DNA of 64,000 nt from a virus: positions 64,001 to 128,000 of IMG/VR virus record IMGVR_UViG_3300032236_001530, one strand, 5' to 3'. Numbering within the stretch: position 1 is the stretch's first letter; each line of letters starts with the position of its first letter. Below the pieces are notes generated by a model. It was not told the DNA's origin. It ran no database searches and saw only the letters and a list, made by a program, of their open reading frames with translations. Shown piece by piece: positions 9,553-19,499 of the stretch. The translations under genes were made by a program, and so were the position numbers.

Positions 9553-9637
9553 AAAATAAAAATCCTCCATAATAAGTTCTAACCGAGTGCTCGCTCTCAT
9601 CAGCATTAGCTGGTTGGTTAGATTCCTATTAAGGAGG
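9553..9637 (-). promoter_or_regulatory. Attenuator-like RNA structure overlapping the 3' end of the leader peptide
   Basis: CCTCC-T-TAATAGG-AA-TCTAACC pairs with GGTTAGA-A-CTTATTA-T-GGAGG (19 bp), encloses two small hairpins, and is followed by ATTTTTATTTT. Confidence 0.7.
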
Positions 9638-9673
9638 TCTTTCTAAAAATTTATATGTGCTAATCTACATCAT
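9629..9673 (-). CDS. Putative leader peptide MM*ISTYKFLERPP (TAG at codon 3, ends TAA TAG)
   Basis: ATG ATG TAG ATT AGC ACA TAT AAA TTT TTA GAA AGA CCT CCT TAA; first ATG downstream of the promoter. Confidence 0.65.
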
Positions 9674-9693
9674 TGTCTTGAATTATTATACTA

Positions 9694-9725
9694 CAAATAT
9701 ATATCAAAAGTTTTGTTCTTCCAAA
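9694..9725 (-). promoter_or_regulatory. Bacteroidota housekeeping-sigma promoter (-33/-7)
   Basis: TTTG-N20-TATATTTG, matching the TTTG-N19-21-TAnnTTTG consensus. Confidence 0.75.
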
Positions 9726-9731
9726 TATTTT

Positions 9732-9950
9732 TTAAACTAAATCTATAATTAAACTTCCAGGATTAAAATATTTCTCATTTGATTTGAATCCATATAGTTT
9801 ACAAGCATCGGTGACTATATTTTTCATTCTATCACTCATACCCGTTACAACTTCAACTTGTTGGATATTTTTTTGCATCGATTCCCAAAAGAAAACATCC
9901 AGCTTTCTTTCGACATCTTCGTGTTTTATTCCGTGTAAATCAAGTTTCAT
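9732..9950 (-). CDS. Stand-alone Smr-domain protein
   Basis: LDLHG start and V+TG motif; 72 aa. Confidence 0.75.
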   Translation of the reverse strand: MKLDLHGIKHEDVERKLDVFFWESMQKNIQQVEVVTGMSDRMKNIVTDACKLYGFKSNEKYFNPGSLIIDLV

Positions 9951-9951
9951 T

Positions 9952-10488
9952 TTATTTAACTTTAATTAAAGACTTTAGCTTAGTTGGTTTGAAAAATTTA
10001 ACAACTGAAAATCCCCAGAAACAAGGCGAAAAATGTGATGGTGCATTAACATCTGAATTAAAACTACTATAATAGTAATTACCAAAAAACACATTCATGT
10101 GTATCTTTTCAGTAACTTCATATTCAACACCAGAAGTCCATTCCAACATTAAACTAGGTATTGGACCAAATACATAACCAACACCTGGTGTTATTGTATT
10201 TGTAAATTTACCAACTTGAAATACATTTAAGTTAGGTCTAACCTCTAAATAAATATCATCAAGTGATTTATTAGCACAATTTGTTTTACCCAATGCAAGA
10301 CCAAGCGTAAAAACATCTTGGAATTGTCTACCAACTTCAATAGTTGGACTTAATTTTGTTCTAAATGAACCTAATTCATTTGTCAAACAAGGCGAAAATG
10401 AAACATATGTTTGAGCAGCAGCTTCGAGATTCTGAGCCTTAGATGTGTAGCTTACTAAAAGTAATAAAACAAGTATTAATTTTTTCAT
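9952..10488 (-). CDS. Putative outer-membrane beta-barrel protein
   Basis: Signal peptide and amphipathic strands (TPGVGYVF, WTSGVEY). Confidence 0.5.
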   Translation of the reverse strand: MKKLILVLLLLVSYTSKAQNLEAAAQTYVSFSPCLTNELGSFRTKLSPTIEVGRQFQDVFTLGLALGKTNCANKSLDDIYLEVRPNLNVFQVGKFTNTITPGVGYVFGPIPSLMLEWTSGVEYEVTEKIHMNVFFGNYYYSSFNSDVNAPSHFSPCFWGFSVVKFFKPTKLKSLIKVK

Positions 10489-10503
10489 GTTTATGATTAT
10501 TTT

Positions 10504-11505
10504 TTATAAATATTTAATTGAATTACTATAGCCGGTTAGTCCAACTTTGTTATACCCAGCCGAACCAACTTTATGAGCCATAAATCCACCAGAATCTAAT
10601 TCCAAATCTTTAACTATTTCATCAACAAAGAACTTAGGATCTTTACCTTCTTCATAGTATTTTGATATCTCATCTTCGTATTCATCAATTAAATGATTAA
10701 GTACAACAGGTCTTATATTATATTGTTCAAGTGAAGATATTATCTGATTTGTGTATTCTTGTATATCATTATATGATTCGTTTGTTGGGTAGACATTTCT
10801 ATTAAGAATAATATGAATATTTATATTTATATTTCTTGGTTCATTCCAAGGTTGACCTGACCCAGCTACTAAAAAAGTTATTGTTAAAAAACCGGATGTG
10901 TATTCTAAGTGATTAATTAATTTATGACAAGCATCTTCAGCGACTTCAACTATTTCTGACTCATATGCTTCTAAATCACCACCTGGTCTAAGAGTTGATA
11001 TGTGTTTTTGATAAACTTCATTCTTGTCAAAATTATATCTTAAATTAAGATTTCCTCTCCAAGTTTTTTCAACTTGTTTGAATAATGATATTCTCATTTC
11101 TTGAGATTTGAAATTACCAACATTATCATCATCAATATCATATTCTTCATCTGAACTATCAACTTTATATTCATTGATTTCAAATTCCATATCATACAAT
11201 TCTTGTAAGCACTCTTCTACTAAATTAGCTTCTTCATCATCTAATTTGGATTCTTCTACTTTAGTAATACCTTTAGCTGGTGCTAAAAATCTCATATCAG
11301 AAACTTCGTTTGGTTTACCTTTCTTAATTTTTTTACCCTTTTTATCAAATAAATAAAATGTTATATCACCTGATCCAGATGTTCCGGCTTGACCGGCAAA
11401 TGCACCTGGTTGAGCATTTGATACGGCTCCCATACCAGCAGTTGTTGCGGTAGCGGTAGCAGTACCATCTTCTAAAAATGCTTTATATCTTTTAAGGTGT
11501 TTCAT
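10504..11505 (-). CDS. Hypothetical protein with an N-terminal capsid-targeting-like motif
   Basis: MKHLKRYKAFLE; TAATATATA box upstream. Confidence 0.6.
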   Translation of the reverse strand: MKHLKRYKAFLEDGTATATATTAGMGAVSNAQPGAFAGQAGTSGSGDITFYLFDKKGKKIKKGKPNEVSDMRFLAPAKGITKVEESKLDDEEANLVEECLQELYDMEFEINEYKVDSSDEEYDIDDDNVGNFKSQEMRISLFKQVEKTWRGNLNLRYNFDKNEVYQKHISTLRPGGDLEAYESEIVEVAEDACHKLINHLEYTSGFLTITFLVAGSGQPWNEPRNININIHIILNRNVYPTNESYNDIQEYTNQIISSLEQYNIRPVVLNHLIDEYEDEISKYYEEGKDPKFFVDEIVKDLELDSGGFMAHKVGSAGYNKVGLTGYSNSIKYL

Positions 11506-11516
11506 TAGATTATATA

Positions 11517-11765
11517 TTAATATCCATCAACTAAAATATCTTCAGATTCTGTTGATTTACATTTAGGACAAGTTGGTTCACCATCTTCTTTCATGAAGTA
11601 ATATTCAACACCACAATTTAAACATCTATGTGGATAAGCTACCTTTTGAGGAATTGGTTCTGTTTTTGGATCTCTTGGTATTTCAGGATTGTTAAAAGCC
11701 CATGAAGAGCCTGCCCAAGAAGTTTGGAAATCATCACCCTCGTTGAATCTTTTTAGATATTTCAT
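11517..11765 (-). CDS. Small zinc-ribbon protein with an MKYLKRFNE leader
   Basis: CLNC...CPKC. Confidence 0.6.
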   Translation of the reverse strand: MKYLKRFNEGDDFQTSWAGSSWAFNNPEIPRDPKTEPIPQKVAYPHRCLNCGVEYYFMKEDGEPTCPKCKSTESEDILVDGY

Positions 11766-11778
11766 AGGGTATATATTA

Positions 11779-12047
11779 AAACAAGAAAGACTGGTTTAGA
11801 ATCGTGTGAATCGAATCTTAGCCAGTCTTTTTTCTTGTGAAGTTCAGAAGTTCACATCTTCGTTCTTTCGTGTCATACACCTTTTAATTCGACCGTATCG
11901 ATATGACTGATACTAAGTCTACTGCGGGACCAACAGATTTATCATCCCCTAACCTCGGCAAAGTTTAGTCCGTTATTTGTCTGGATTGCCGTCCGTGACT
12001 TATTACGGAATATTTGTTGTTTTTGGTTTCGATATCATTACAATATC
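11779..12047 (-). ncRNA. Candidate structured non-coding RNA, family unrecognised
   Basis: About 270-nt tract with no long ORF, GC-richer than its surroundings, between a -33/-7 promoter and a long terminator stem; several internal helices. Confidence 0.5.
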
Positions 12048-12053
12048 TTATTA

Positions 12054-12084
12054 CAAAGATACAACAAATATCTAAAACAACAAA
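12054..12084 (-). promoter_or_regulatory. Bacteroidota-type promoter
   Basis: TTTG-N19-TATCTTTG. Confidence 0.7.
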
Positions 12085-12336
12085 TTATTTTATAGATTTT
12101 TTAATTATTTCTGATTTCGCTTTAATATCATCAATTGAAACACCGATTAGTAAAAGTATTACAACTATAATAAATGATATACCAACTAAGCTTATTGCTA
12201 TTGCGAATGGTATCCAAAGAGGTGAAGTTACCCACAACCAAGACCAACTAATATTATTTGTTAGTTTAAGAACTAAGAAAACTATGAAAAGAACTGCTGA
12301 TAAACTCAGACCTGTTCCTGAATTTTTTGATGCCAT
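12085..12336 (-). CDS. Small two-TM membrane protein
   Basis: LF+VFLVLKL...I.WSW.WV..PLWIP pattern, common in phages. Confidence 0.65.
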   Translation of the reverse strand: MASKNSGTGLSLSAVLFIVFLVLKLTNNISWSWLWVTSPLWIPFAIAISLVGISFIIVVILLLIGVSIDDIKAKSEIIKKSIK

Positions 12337-12351
12337 ATTATTATAAATATT

Positions 12352-12972
12352 TTAGTTTATACCAATTTTATTAAGTAAAGTTTCACGCCTTTGGGTTTTT
12401 GTTTGATATTTAGGACATCTATAAAGTTCTCTAAACCCTGATATTCTTAACTCAGTACATATACCATAATTTCTTGGCACTTGCCTATCTCTTTTTTCTA
12501 TTAATCTACCAAGTGCAAAGTAATAATAAATACCATTTTTTTCTTCACAATAAATTAGTGTTTCGAATGCGCTTTTCCAAGCATCTTCTAATTCCCAACC
12601 CATATCATCGTCATTCATACCAATAAGTGTTGCTATAACAACAAATATCAAGCATACACCAAATCCTATCCATAGTAAAACATTAGCATCAGAATAAGAA
12701 CTAATATAAATTTTACCATCTTTTACTGGCATTTCTTTAGAATCCCAAATATTCTCGTACTTTATTTGGGCTTCCGACAAGGTTCTACAAATATAGATGT
12801 AATTATTATCAATTTTTACTTGACCGACAACATTATAACTATCAACCGAGTTGGGTACGGTACCCGCTTTAAGAAAGAATACTATAGTGGCTATGAGGAA
12901 TAGTATCTTTACAACATTAGTTTTAATAACTTCCAATAAGAAAACAAGAGCAAACTTTAAATACTTTATCAT
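12352..12972 (-). CDS. Membrane hypothetical protein
   Basis: Hydrophobic segments; TATATTTG immediately upstream; C-terminal RETLLNKI. Confidence 0.6.
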   Translation of the reverse strand: MIKYLKFALVFLLEVIKTNVVKILFLIATIVFFLKAGTVPNSVDSYNVVGQVKIDNNYIYICRTLSEAQIKYENIWDSKEMPVKDGKIYISSYSDANVLLWIGFGVCLIFVVIATLIGMNDDDMGWELEDAWKSAFETLIYCEEKNGIYYYFALGRLIEKRDRQVPRNYGICTELRISGFRELYRCPKYQTKTQRRETLLNKIGIN

Positions 12973-13002
12973 TTTACAAATATAGAAAAAAATATATAAA
13001 CT

Positions 13003-13185
13003 ATGGAAAATATTTTAACATTTGAATCATTTATTAATGAATCTTATAATAAACCAAGAGCTGGTGGTAAAAAACGTTGGTCTGTAAAATATAAAAAGTC
13101 AATTGACTGCTCACACCCCGCGGGTTTTAGCCAAAAGCAATATTGTAAGAGAAAACGTAAAGGTGGTGCTTATAAATCTAATTAA
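13003..13185 (+). CDS. Small basic protein with a TFESFINE leader
   Basis: KRWSVKYKKSIDC..P.GFSQKQYC; AATATATA upstream. Confidence 0.6.
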   Translation: MENILTFESFINESYNKPRAGGKKRWSVKYKKSIDCSHPAGFSQKQYCKRKRKGGAYKSN

Positions 13186-13619
13186 GACTTCAATGGAATT
13201 TTAGCAATTCTACCTGAGTGTCTACCACCTTCAAATCCAGTATTTAAGAACTCTTCAACACATTTGAAAGCTTCTTCATCTGAAATATATCTACCTGGCA
13301 TTGATAAGATATTAGCATTATTATGTAATCGGGCCATATTAGCGATTTCTGAACTCCAACAAAGAGCAGCACGAACACCAGACCATTTATTAGCAGTCAT
13401 AGTAATTCCGTTTCCAGAACCACACATTAAGATACCAAATTCACAATTATTATTTTGAACATCTTCAGCAACAGAATGTGCAAAGTCAGGATAATCACAT
13501 CTTTCTTCAGAGTAACATCCATAATCTTTTAATTCTATTCCTTGTTTTTTGGAAAGATATTGTTTAACTTTTTCTTTAAGTTCAAATGCTGCGTGATCAC
13601 AACCAATAGATATTTTCAT
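13182..13619 (-). CDS. rpiB: Ribose-5-phosphate isomerase B
   Basis: GCDHA, DYPD, CGSGNG, ANK..GVRAA, HNNAN, FEGGRH..R. Confidence 0.95.
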   Translation of the reverse strand: MKISIGCDHAAFELKEKVKQYLSKKQGIELKDYGCYSEERCDYPDFAHSVAEDVQNNNCEFGILMCGSGNGITMTANKWSGVRAALCWSSEIANMARLHNNANILSMPGRYISDEEAFKCVEEFLNTGFEGGRHSGRIAKIPLKS

Positions 13620-13645
13620 AAAATTAATATTTTATGAGTTATATA

Positions 13646-14350
13646 CTATTTTGAATATTTGGTTGTATTAAAGAACTCTTTGTAGGTAACAATTTTATTA
13701 CCACCTTGGATAGCATCAACTTCTTCTTTTTCATCATCATCCATTATCATCATTTTAAGATCGGTACCTTTTTCAATTGGTGCTTCATATTCAAAGCTAT
13801 CAAGGTCTTTATCCATAAATGTATAATCTTTTGGTGATGTTTCAAAACCAAAGCTGTTAAAGAAGTTAACTATATTTTGTAATGATTCGTCAGAGAAACC
13901 AAAATAAGTTTCACCATCATATAAAGAACCTTTACCTGTATAGTGTATAACTTCTACTTTATTAGGATAATCAATAGTGAAGTGGTAAACCATAGCATCA
14001 CCATATGTTAATTCAACATTTAATCTAAGTTTATCAGCTGGATTTGCGTGAGCACCATCATTATCTTTAACAATAGTAACGTCAAATTCTAATTGATCTG
14101 GTTCACCGTCAGCTAAAACGTCACCACCTTCTGAATCTACGGTGTTATGTGCATAAGTAATTTGAATACAATTCATCAAATTAGCAACATCAATTGAGTG
14201 ATTAGTACCTGGGCTTAAACCTGGTTTTCTTTCAACTTCAAATTCACCATTCTCGGTGATAATTGTCAATGTTTCTGGTAAAAACTTTGACCAATCTACT
14301 TCAAATATACTGGTAGATTCGCTTTCGTTAAACTTTTTTAAATATCTCAT
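13646..14350 (-). CDS. Hypothetical protein with an MRYLKKFNE leader
   Basis: 234-aa ORF; ends in TAG used as a normal stop. Confidence 0.6.
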   Translation of the reverse strand: MRYLKKFNESESTSIFEVDWSKFLPETLTIITENGEFEVERKPGLSPGTNHSIDVANLMNCIQITYAHNTVDSEGGDVLADGEPDQLEFDVTIVKDNDGAHANPADKLRLNVELTYGDAMVYHFTIDYPNKVEVIHYTGKGSLYDGETYFGFSDESLQNIVNFFNSFGFETSPKDYTFMDKDLDSFEYEAPIEKGTDLKMMIMDDDEKEEVDAIQGGNKIVTYKEFFNTTKYSK

Positions 14351-14382
14351 AAACTATATATTTATTTTAAAATTTACTTTTT

Positions 14383-14979
14383 TTATTTATCATTACTAAG
14401 TCCTATCATAAGTGACTTGATTTTAAAATCACCAGGTAAGCTAAGTAATTCATCTATAGTGAATTGTTGTCTCATAAATGTTGAACCATCTACCGTATCT
14501 TTAATTACATATAAAAAGTCTAAATTCCAAAAATCTAAAGCAAATGAAATGAATCTATTAATCTCATCTTCTATTTGAGACCAAGTAAATTCACCAGCAC
14601 TTTGATATCTATAATCTAACCAAGATGTTGATGAACCATCATCTGAAACAGGTCTTTGTGGTAACCAAACTCTAACATGAAAATTATCTCTTGCTGGTCT
14701 ACCAGCAACTTGAGTACTTCCTACTTCAACTTTGAAACCATCATCTTTTAAGTGTGCTAAATAATCTTCCACATTATTTTTTAAATCATCATAAGAAGCA
14801 GATTCTTTTACAATCCTAAATTTAAGAAGTGGTTTATCATTTATAGTAATATCACCTTTATCATTCTTACCAATTTTCTTAACAACAACTTTTTTATTCT
14901 TAAAACGACCACCCAATACCGTATCACCAACTTTAATAGGTATTTTAATCATTTCATTAAATGTTTTTAAATATATCAT
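14383..14979 (-). CDS. Hypothetical protein with an MIYLKTFNE leader
   Basis: N-terminal small beta module (IKVGDTVLGGRFKNKK). Confidence 0.6.
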   Translation of the reverse strand: MIYLKTFNEMIKIPIKVGDTVLGGRFKNKKVVVKKIGKNDKGDITINDKPLLKFRIVKESASYDDLKNNVEDYLAHLKDDGFKVEVGSTQVAGRPARDNFHVRVWLPQRPVSDDGSSTSWLDYRYQSAGEFTWSQIEDEINRFISFALDFWNLDFLYVIKDTVDGSTFMRQQFTIDELLSLPGDFKIKSLMIGLSNDK

Positions 14980-16067
14980 ACGCTAGAAGTTGGTGATGTT
15001 GATGTAGGTACATAACTAAAAGAACCTAATCTGTTTAGCCAACCTTCACCATGTCTGTCAAATGTTTGTGAATCTCTATATCTCTCTTCTCTATACTTTT
15101 TAATAGAGTTGAACAATTTTTCTTGGTCAACACCATTTGCTTTATCTAAAACATCTTTAGAAAAAATGTTATCTGAATCACTTATTTCAACACCATTTTC
15201 TTCTAAAGCTGATCTTAAAACACTTCTCATTCCATCGATACCTTGGTTTACACAACCATCATAGATAACATTGGCAACACTTTGATCTGAAATCTCACTT
15301 AAATTCTGAGCATCCCAGTAGTTCATTTTGTATATTTTTAGAGCTGTTTGATATGAAAGATTCATCATATCTTTTTTAGTAAGAAGTCGAGTTATTCCTT
15401 TTTCATTAAAATACTTTGCTAAAATACGAGCCGATATACCATGATTTGTACCAATAAATCTTTTTTTACCGCCCGGTATATCAATATAATTACCTCTATC
15501 ACCTTTATCATCTGAATATCCAGCCTCTGCTAACTTAACAAGTTTTTGAGCTTCCTTAAATGAAGATTTTTTATGTTCGTGTTTTATATTATCTTTATTT
15601 AATTGAACTATCTCTTCAGTTTGGTTTTGACTTAAACCACCTTTAAATATTTGATTATTTGCACCAGCTGATGGTGTGATTAGATAACTAAGACTTACAA
15701 ATGTTAAGAAGACTCCTGTAATACCAACTATTAATTTTTTTCTTAAAGATGATGGTAGATTTTTAATCTTATTCATTATCTTAATAAAGTATTCTTTAAT
15801 CTTTTCTTTAGGTAGATTTTGTAAAAACTTTTCTAATTTACTTTTAATAGTATTAGAGTCGCTATTTACAATCCATTCAAATGTAACTGGCTTTTCGTCA
15901 CTATATTTTGGTGTTTCTTTTTTAGGTTGATCGTTATAATCCCAAGTCATCGTATTTGGACCTGTCCATTTACCTTCTACTTCCTCAACAATTCTAAAAA
16001 TATCATCTATTATAGAATTAAATTGTTTTTCTAAAAGAAAGTCATTATATTTGCTAATCTTATTCAT
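14976..16067 (-). CDS. Glycoside hydrolase family 108 lysozyme with N-terminal extension and TM helix
   Basis: EAGYSDDKGDRG, TNHGI, IYK.NYW, YD..VNQG, C-terminal F..GWLNRL. Confidence 0.75.
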   Translation of the reverse strand: MNKISKYNDFLLEKQFNSIIDDIFRIVEEVEGKWTGPNTMTWDYNDQPKKETPKYSDEKPVTFEWIVNSDSNTIKSKLEKFLQNLPKEKIKEYFIKIMNKIKNLPSSLRKKLIVGITGVFLTFVSLSYLITPSAGANNQIFKGGLSQNQTEEIVQLNKDNIKHEHKKSSFKEAQKLVKLAEAGYSDDKGDRGNYIDIPGGKKRFIGTNHGISARILAKYFNEKGITRLLTKKDMMNLSYQTALKIYKMNYWDAQNLSEISDQSVANVIYDGCVNQGIDGMRSVLRSALEENGVEISDSDNIFSKDVLDKANGVDQEKLFNSIKKYREERYRDSQTFDRHGEGWLNRLGSFSYVPTSTSPTSSV

Positions 16068-16083
16068 TAAATCTATATATTAA

Positions 16084-16656
16084 ATGTTATATTTTATTTT
16101 ATTGCTTTTATTTGTCGGTCAGGTTTATAGTATCACCAAGATTGTTTCTTTTAGTAAGGTTAAAAAGAAAAGTGAAGATATTATAGAGAGATACAAAGGT
16201 GTTACCACACTGGCTAAAATTCCAGAAAGGGTCTATTACAAAGATGTTGAACCAGATTGGAAAACATTCTATGATTTCATGGAAAATATTAAACTTGAAG
16301 GTTGGAAAGCGGATGTAACGGAAGATAGTCTCAGAGTTGGTAGTGATTGTTGTTGGGTGGTTAATATTATATCACATGACCAAAAATCATCTATGACTTG
16401 TAGATTGAGAGATTATGGTGATGGTGTTTTCTTATCTAATTGTAATATTAGAGCTGGTGGTACTTCTTTATCAGTTAGTAGAGAGGATAAAATTGCTACT
16501 GACATTATTTTATTTTTCTGGGATTATATCATTAAACACTATGAAGATGAAAATCAAGAATCTAGAAATTCATATAAATCAAGTATTGATAAAATTAATG
16601 CTGAGTTAAAAACACTAAACCGTAGTAAAAGATTGAATAACATTTTAAATTTGTAA
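16084..16656 (+). CDS. Hypothetical protein
   Basis: N-terminal hydrophobic segment; C-terminal RSKRLNNIL. Confidence 0.6.
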   Translation: MLYFILLLLFVGQVYSITKIVSFSKVKKKSEDIIERYKGVTTLAKIPERVYYKDVEPDWKTFYDFMENIKLEGWKADVTEDSLRVGSDCCWVVNIISHDQKSSMTCRLRDYGDGVFLSNCNIRAGGTSLSVSREDKIATDIILFFWDYIIKHYEDENQESRNSYKSSIDKINAELKTLNRSKRLNNILNL

Positions 16657-16657
16657 T

Positions 16658-16963
16658 ATGTTTAAGATAAAAGCAAAGTTTATAGGTAAAGATTCACTAG
16701 GATTTATCAATGGTGAAATCTACGAAATGATCTTAATCAGTATGCCTCACATTGCTAAAGGCATGATAGAAGTCACAACTGAGAACCATAGACCTAAGTT
16801 AAGATGTGAATATGGCTCTTGGGAGAAGTTTATTTTATACTGGGAGATACTACATTATGAAAATATGAGTGGAGACCACGATGCTGAAGTTAATCACACT
16901 AAGGTAAATAATGGATTGAAAGAATCAGTTAGAGATTTTAAATTAAAGAAGGTATTATCATGA
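16658..16963 (+). CDS. Hypothetical protein
   Basis: C-terminal RDFKLKKVL; tightly packed in the operon. Confidence 0.6.
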   Translation: MFKIKAKFIGKDSLGFINGEIYEMILISMPHIAKGMIEVTTENHRPKLRCEYGSWEKFILYWEILHYENMSGDHDAEVNHTKVNNGLKESVRDFKLKKVLS

Positions 16964-17325
16964 CAGGAGTAGAACTTGAAAAGTTTATAACGTCTTCTGG
17001 TTTATTCCAGGATGAAAATGTTTATATGGTTGAAACTATTGATGGTAAAATATACAATAGAGTTCCATCTCTTTATAAGATATTTATACCAAATTTAGGT
17101 AAACTAGAAATTCGTGTTTATTATGCTAAACATGGTGATAAAGAAAAGTGTGTAGATTTTACTATTGGTGGTGTTAATTTATATGCATGTCATAAACTAA
17201 AAGATATGACTTTTGAAACTTTATGTAAAGAATTAAATAAAATACTTGGTTCTGATAAAAGATTCATTGAATGGTCTACTAAGGAACTTAGAGATTATAA
17301 AATTAATTTATTACATGAAATCTAA
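16960..17325 (+). CDS. Hypothetical protein
   Basis: ATGA overlap with the previous gene; C-terminal RDYKINLL. Confidence 0.6.
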   Translation: MTGVELEKFITSSGLFQDENVYMVETIDGKIYNRVPSLYKIFIPNLGKLEIRVYYAKHGDKEKCVDFTIGGVNLYACHKLKDMTFETLCKELNKILGSDKRFIEWSTKELRDYKINLLHEI

Positions 17326-17833
17326 AAAAATGAAAAAGCTTGCTCGTCTAATTCACGATGAAGTTATTAGAAATAGAAGAGAAGATAAGGTCATGCTTAA
17401 AGAAAGTCGCAGTGACTATGACTGGAGTGAATATAATCCAGAAGTAAGTGAAAAATTCAAAAAATTTATACTTAACTTAGTTAACTATAGAAACAATTTG
17501 AATATCAATATCACACAAGAAAGAATTAATATTTCTGCCAGTGACATTGGCTCATTAAAAAAAGTAAAACATGGTTCAAATAATAATTACCCAATAGCAG
17601 AAGATGATTATATTGAAATCTTTATTTCAAAAGGTGAAGGGTTTCATATCAATAAAGGCTACAATCTAAAAACCAATTACATAGATGAAAATATGTATGA
17701 TGAAGTTGTTAGTGAAATAAAAGCTAAACTTAAAAAGATAAATGCTGATAACTTCAATGAAATTTGGTCAATAATCATGAAAGATTCTGGCTTAATGCGT
17801 GATAATAATTTAGACGAAATATTCAATGGATAA
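17315..17833 (+). CDS. Hypothetical protein
   Basis: Likely ATG at 17315; C-terminal RDNNLDEIF. Confidence 0.6.
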   Translation: MKSKKMKKLARLIHDEVIRNRREDKVMLKESRSDYDWSEYNPEVSEKFKKFILNLVNYRNNLNINITQERINISASDIGSLKKVKHGSNNNYPIAEDDYIEIFISKGEGFHINKGYNLKTNYIDENMYDEVVSEIKAKLKKINADNFNEIWSIIMKDSGLMRDNNLDEIFNG

Positions 17834-18227
17834 AATATACATGGTTAGATCCTACTTTGAGGACTTTGATTCTTCAAGTTGGAGGATTATTGGTCTTTTC
17901 ACTGATAAAAAAGTGGCTGATGAAGTTGCTAAAAAGTGGGAAGATTTCTATGAAGAAAAGAAATATAGTGTTTTCAATAAACCAAAAAATTGGGAACCAA
18001 CAAAAGAAGATTTAGAATTCGGTGATGGTGAGTGGGAAGAATCATATGAGTACTCAAGACGAACTTCTCAATATAGTGAAATACTAATTTTCAAAGATAT
18101 TGAAGTTGAAGAGTTTGACTTAAATAAAGACATGTCATTATCAAATGATAAGTTTATGAGCGAACACATGATAAGCTTAATGACTCAGTGGGATAGAAAT
18201 CACAAATTAGAAAAAATAATCAAGTAA
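17826..18227 (+). CDS. Hypothetical protein
   Basis: C-terminal RNHKLEKII. Confidence 0.6.
   Translation: MDKIYMVRSYFEDFDSSSWRIIGLFTDKKVADEVAKKWEDFYEEKKYSVFNKPKNWEPTKEDLEFGDGEWEESYEYSRRTSQYSEILIFKDIEVEEFDLNKDMSLSNDKFMSEHMISLMTQWDRNHKLEKIIK

Positions 18228-19498
<1,271 letters not shown>

Positions 19499-19499
<1 letters not shown>

Noticed and set aside
11779-12047. tRNA, tmRNA or RNase P identity for the structured RNA; a suppressor tRNA in the window
   Set aside because: No cloverleaf with a CCA end, no tmRNA ends or Ala-rich tag, and no RNase P P4 signature recognised by eye. A tRNA scan of the full genome is still needed.
12014-12346. 110-aa plus-strand ORF and the other short track ORFs overlapping annotated genes
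   Set aside because: They lie antisense or out of frame to better-supported genes, mostly start at TTG/GTG and have no motifs.
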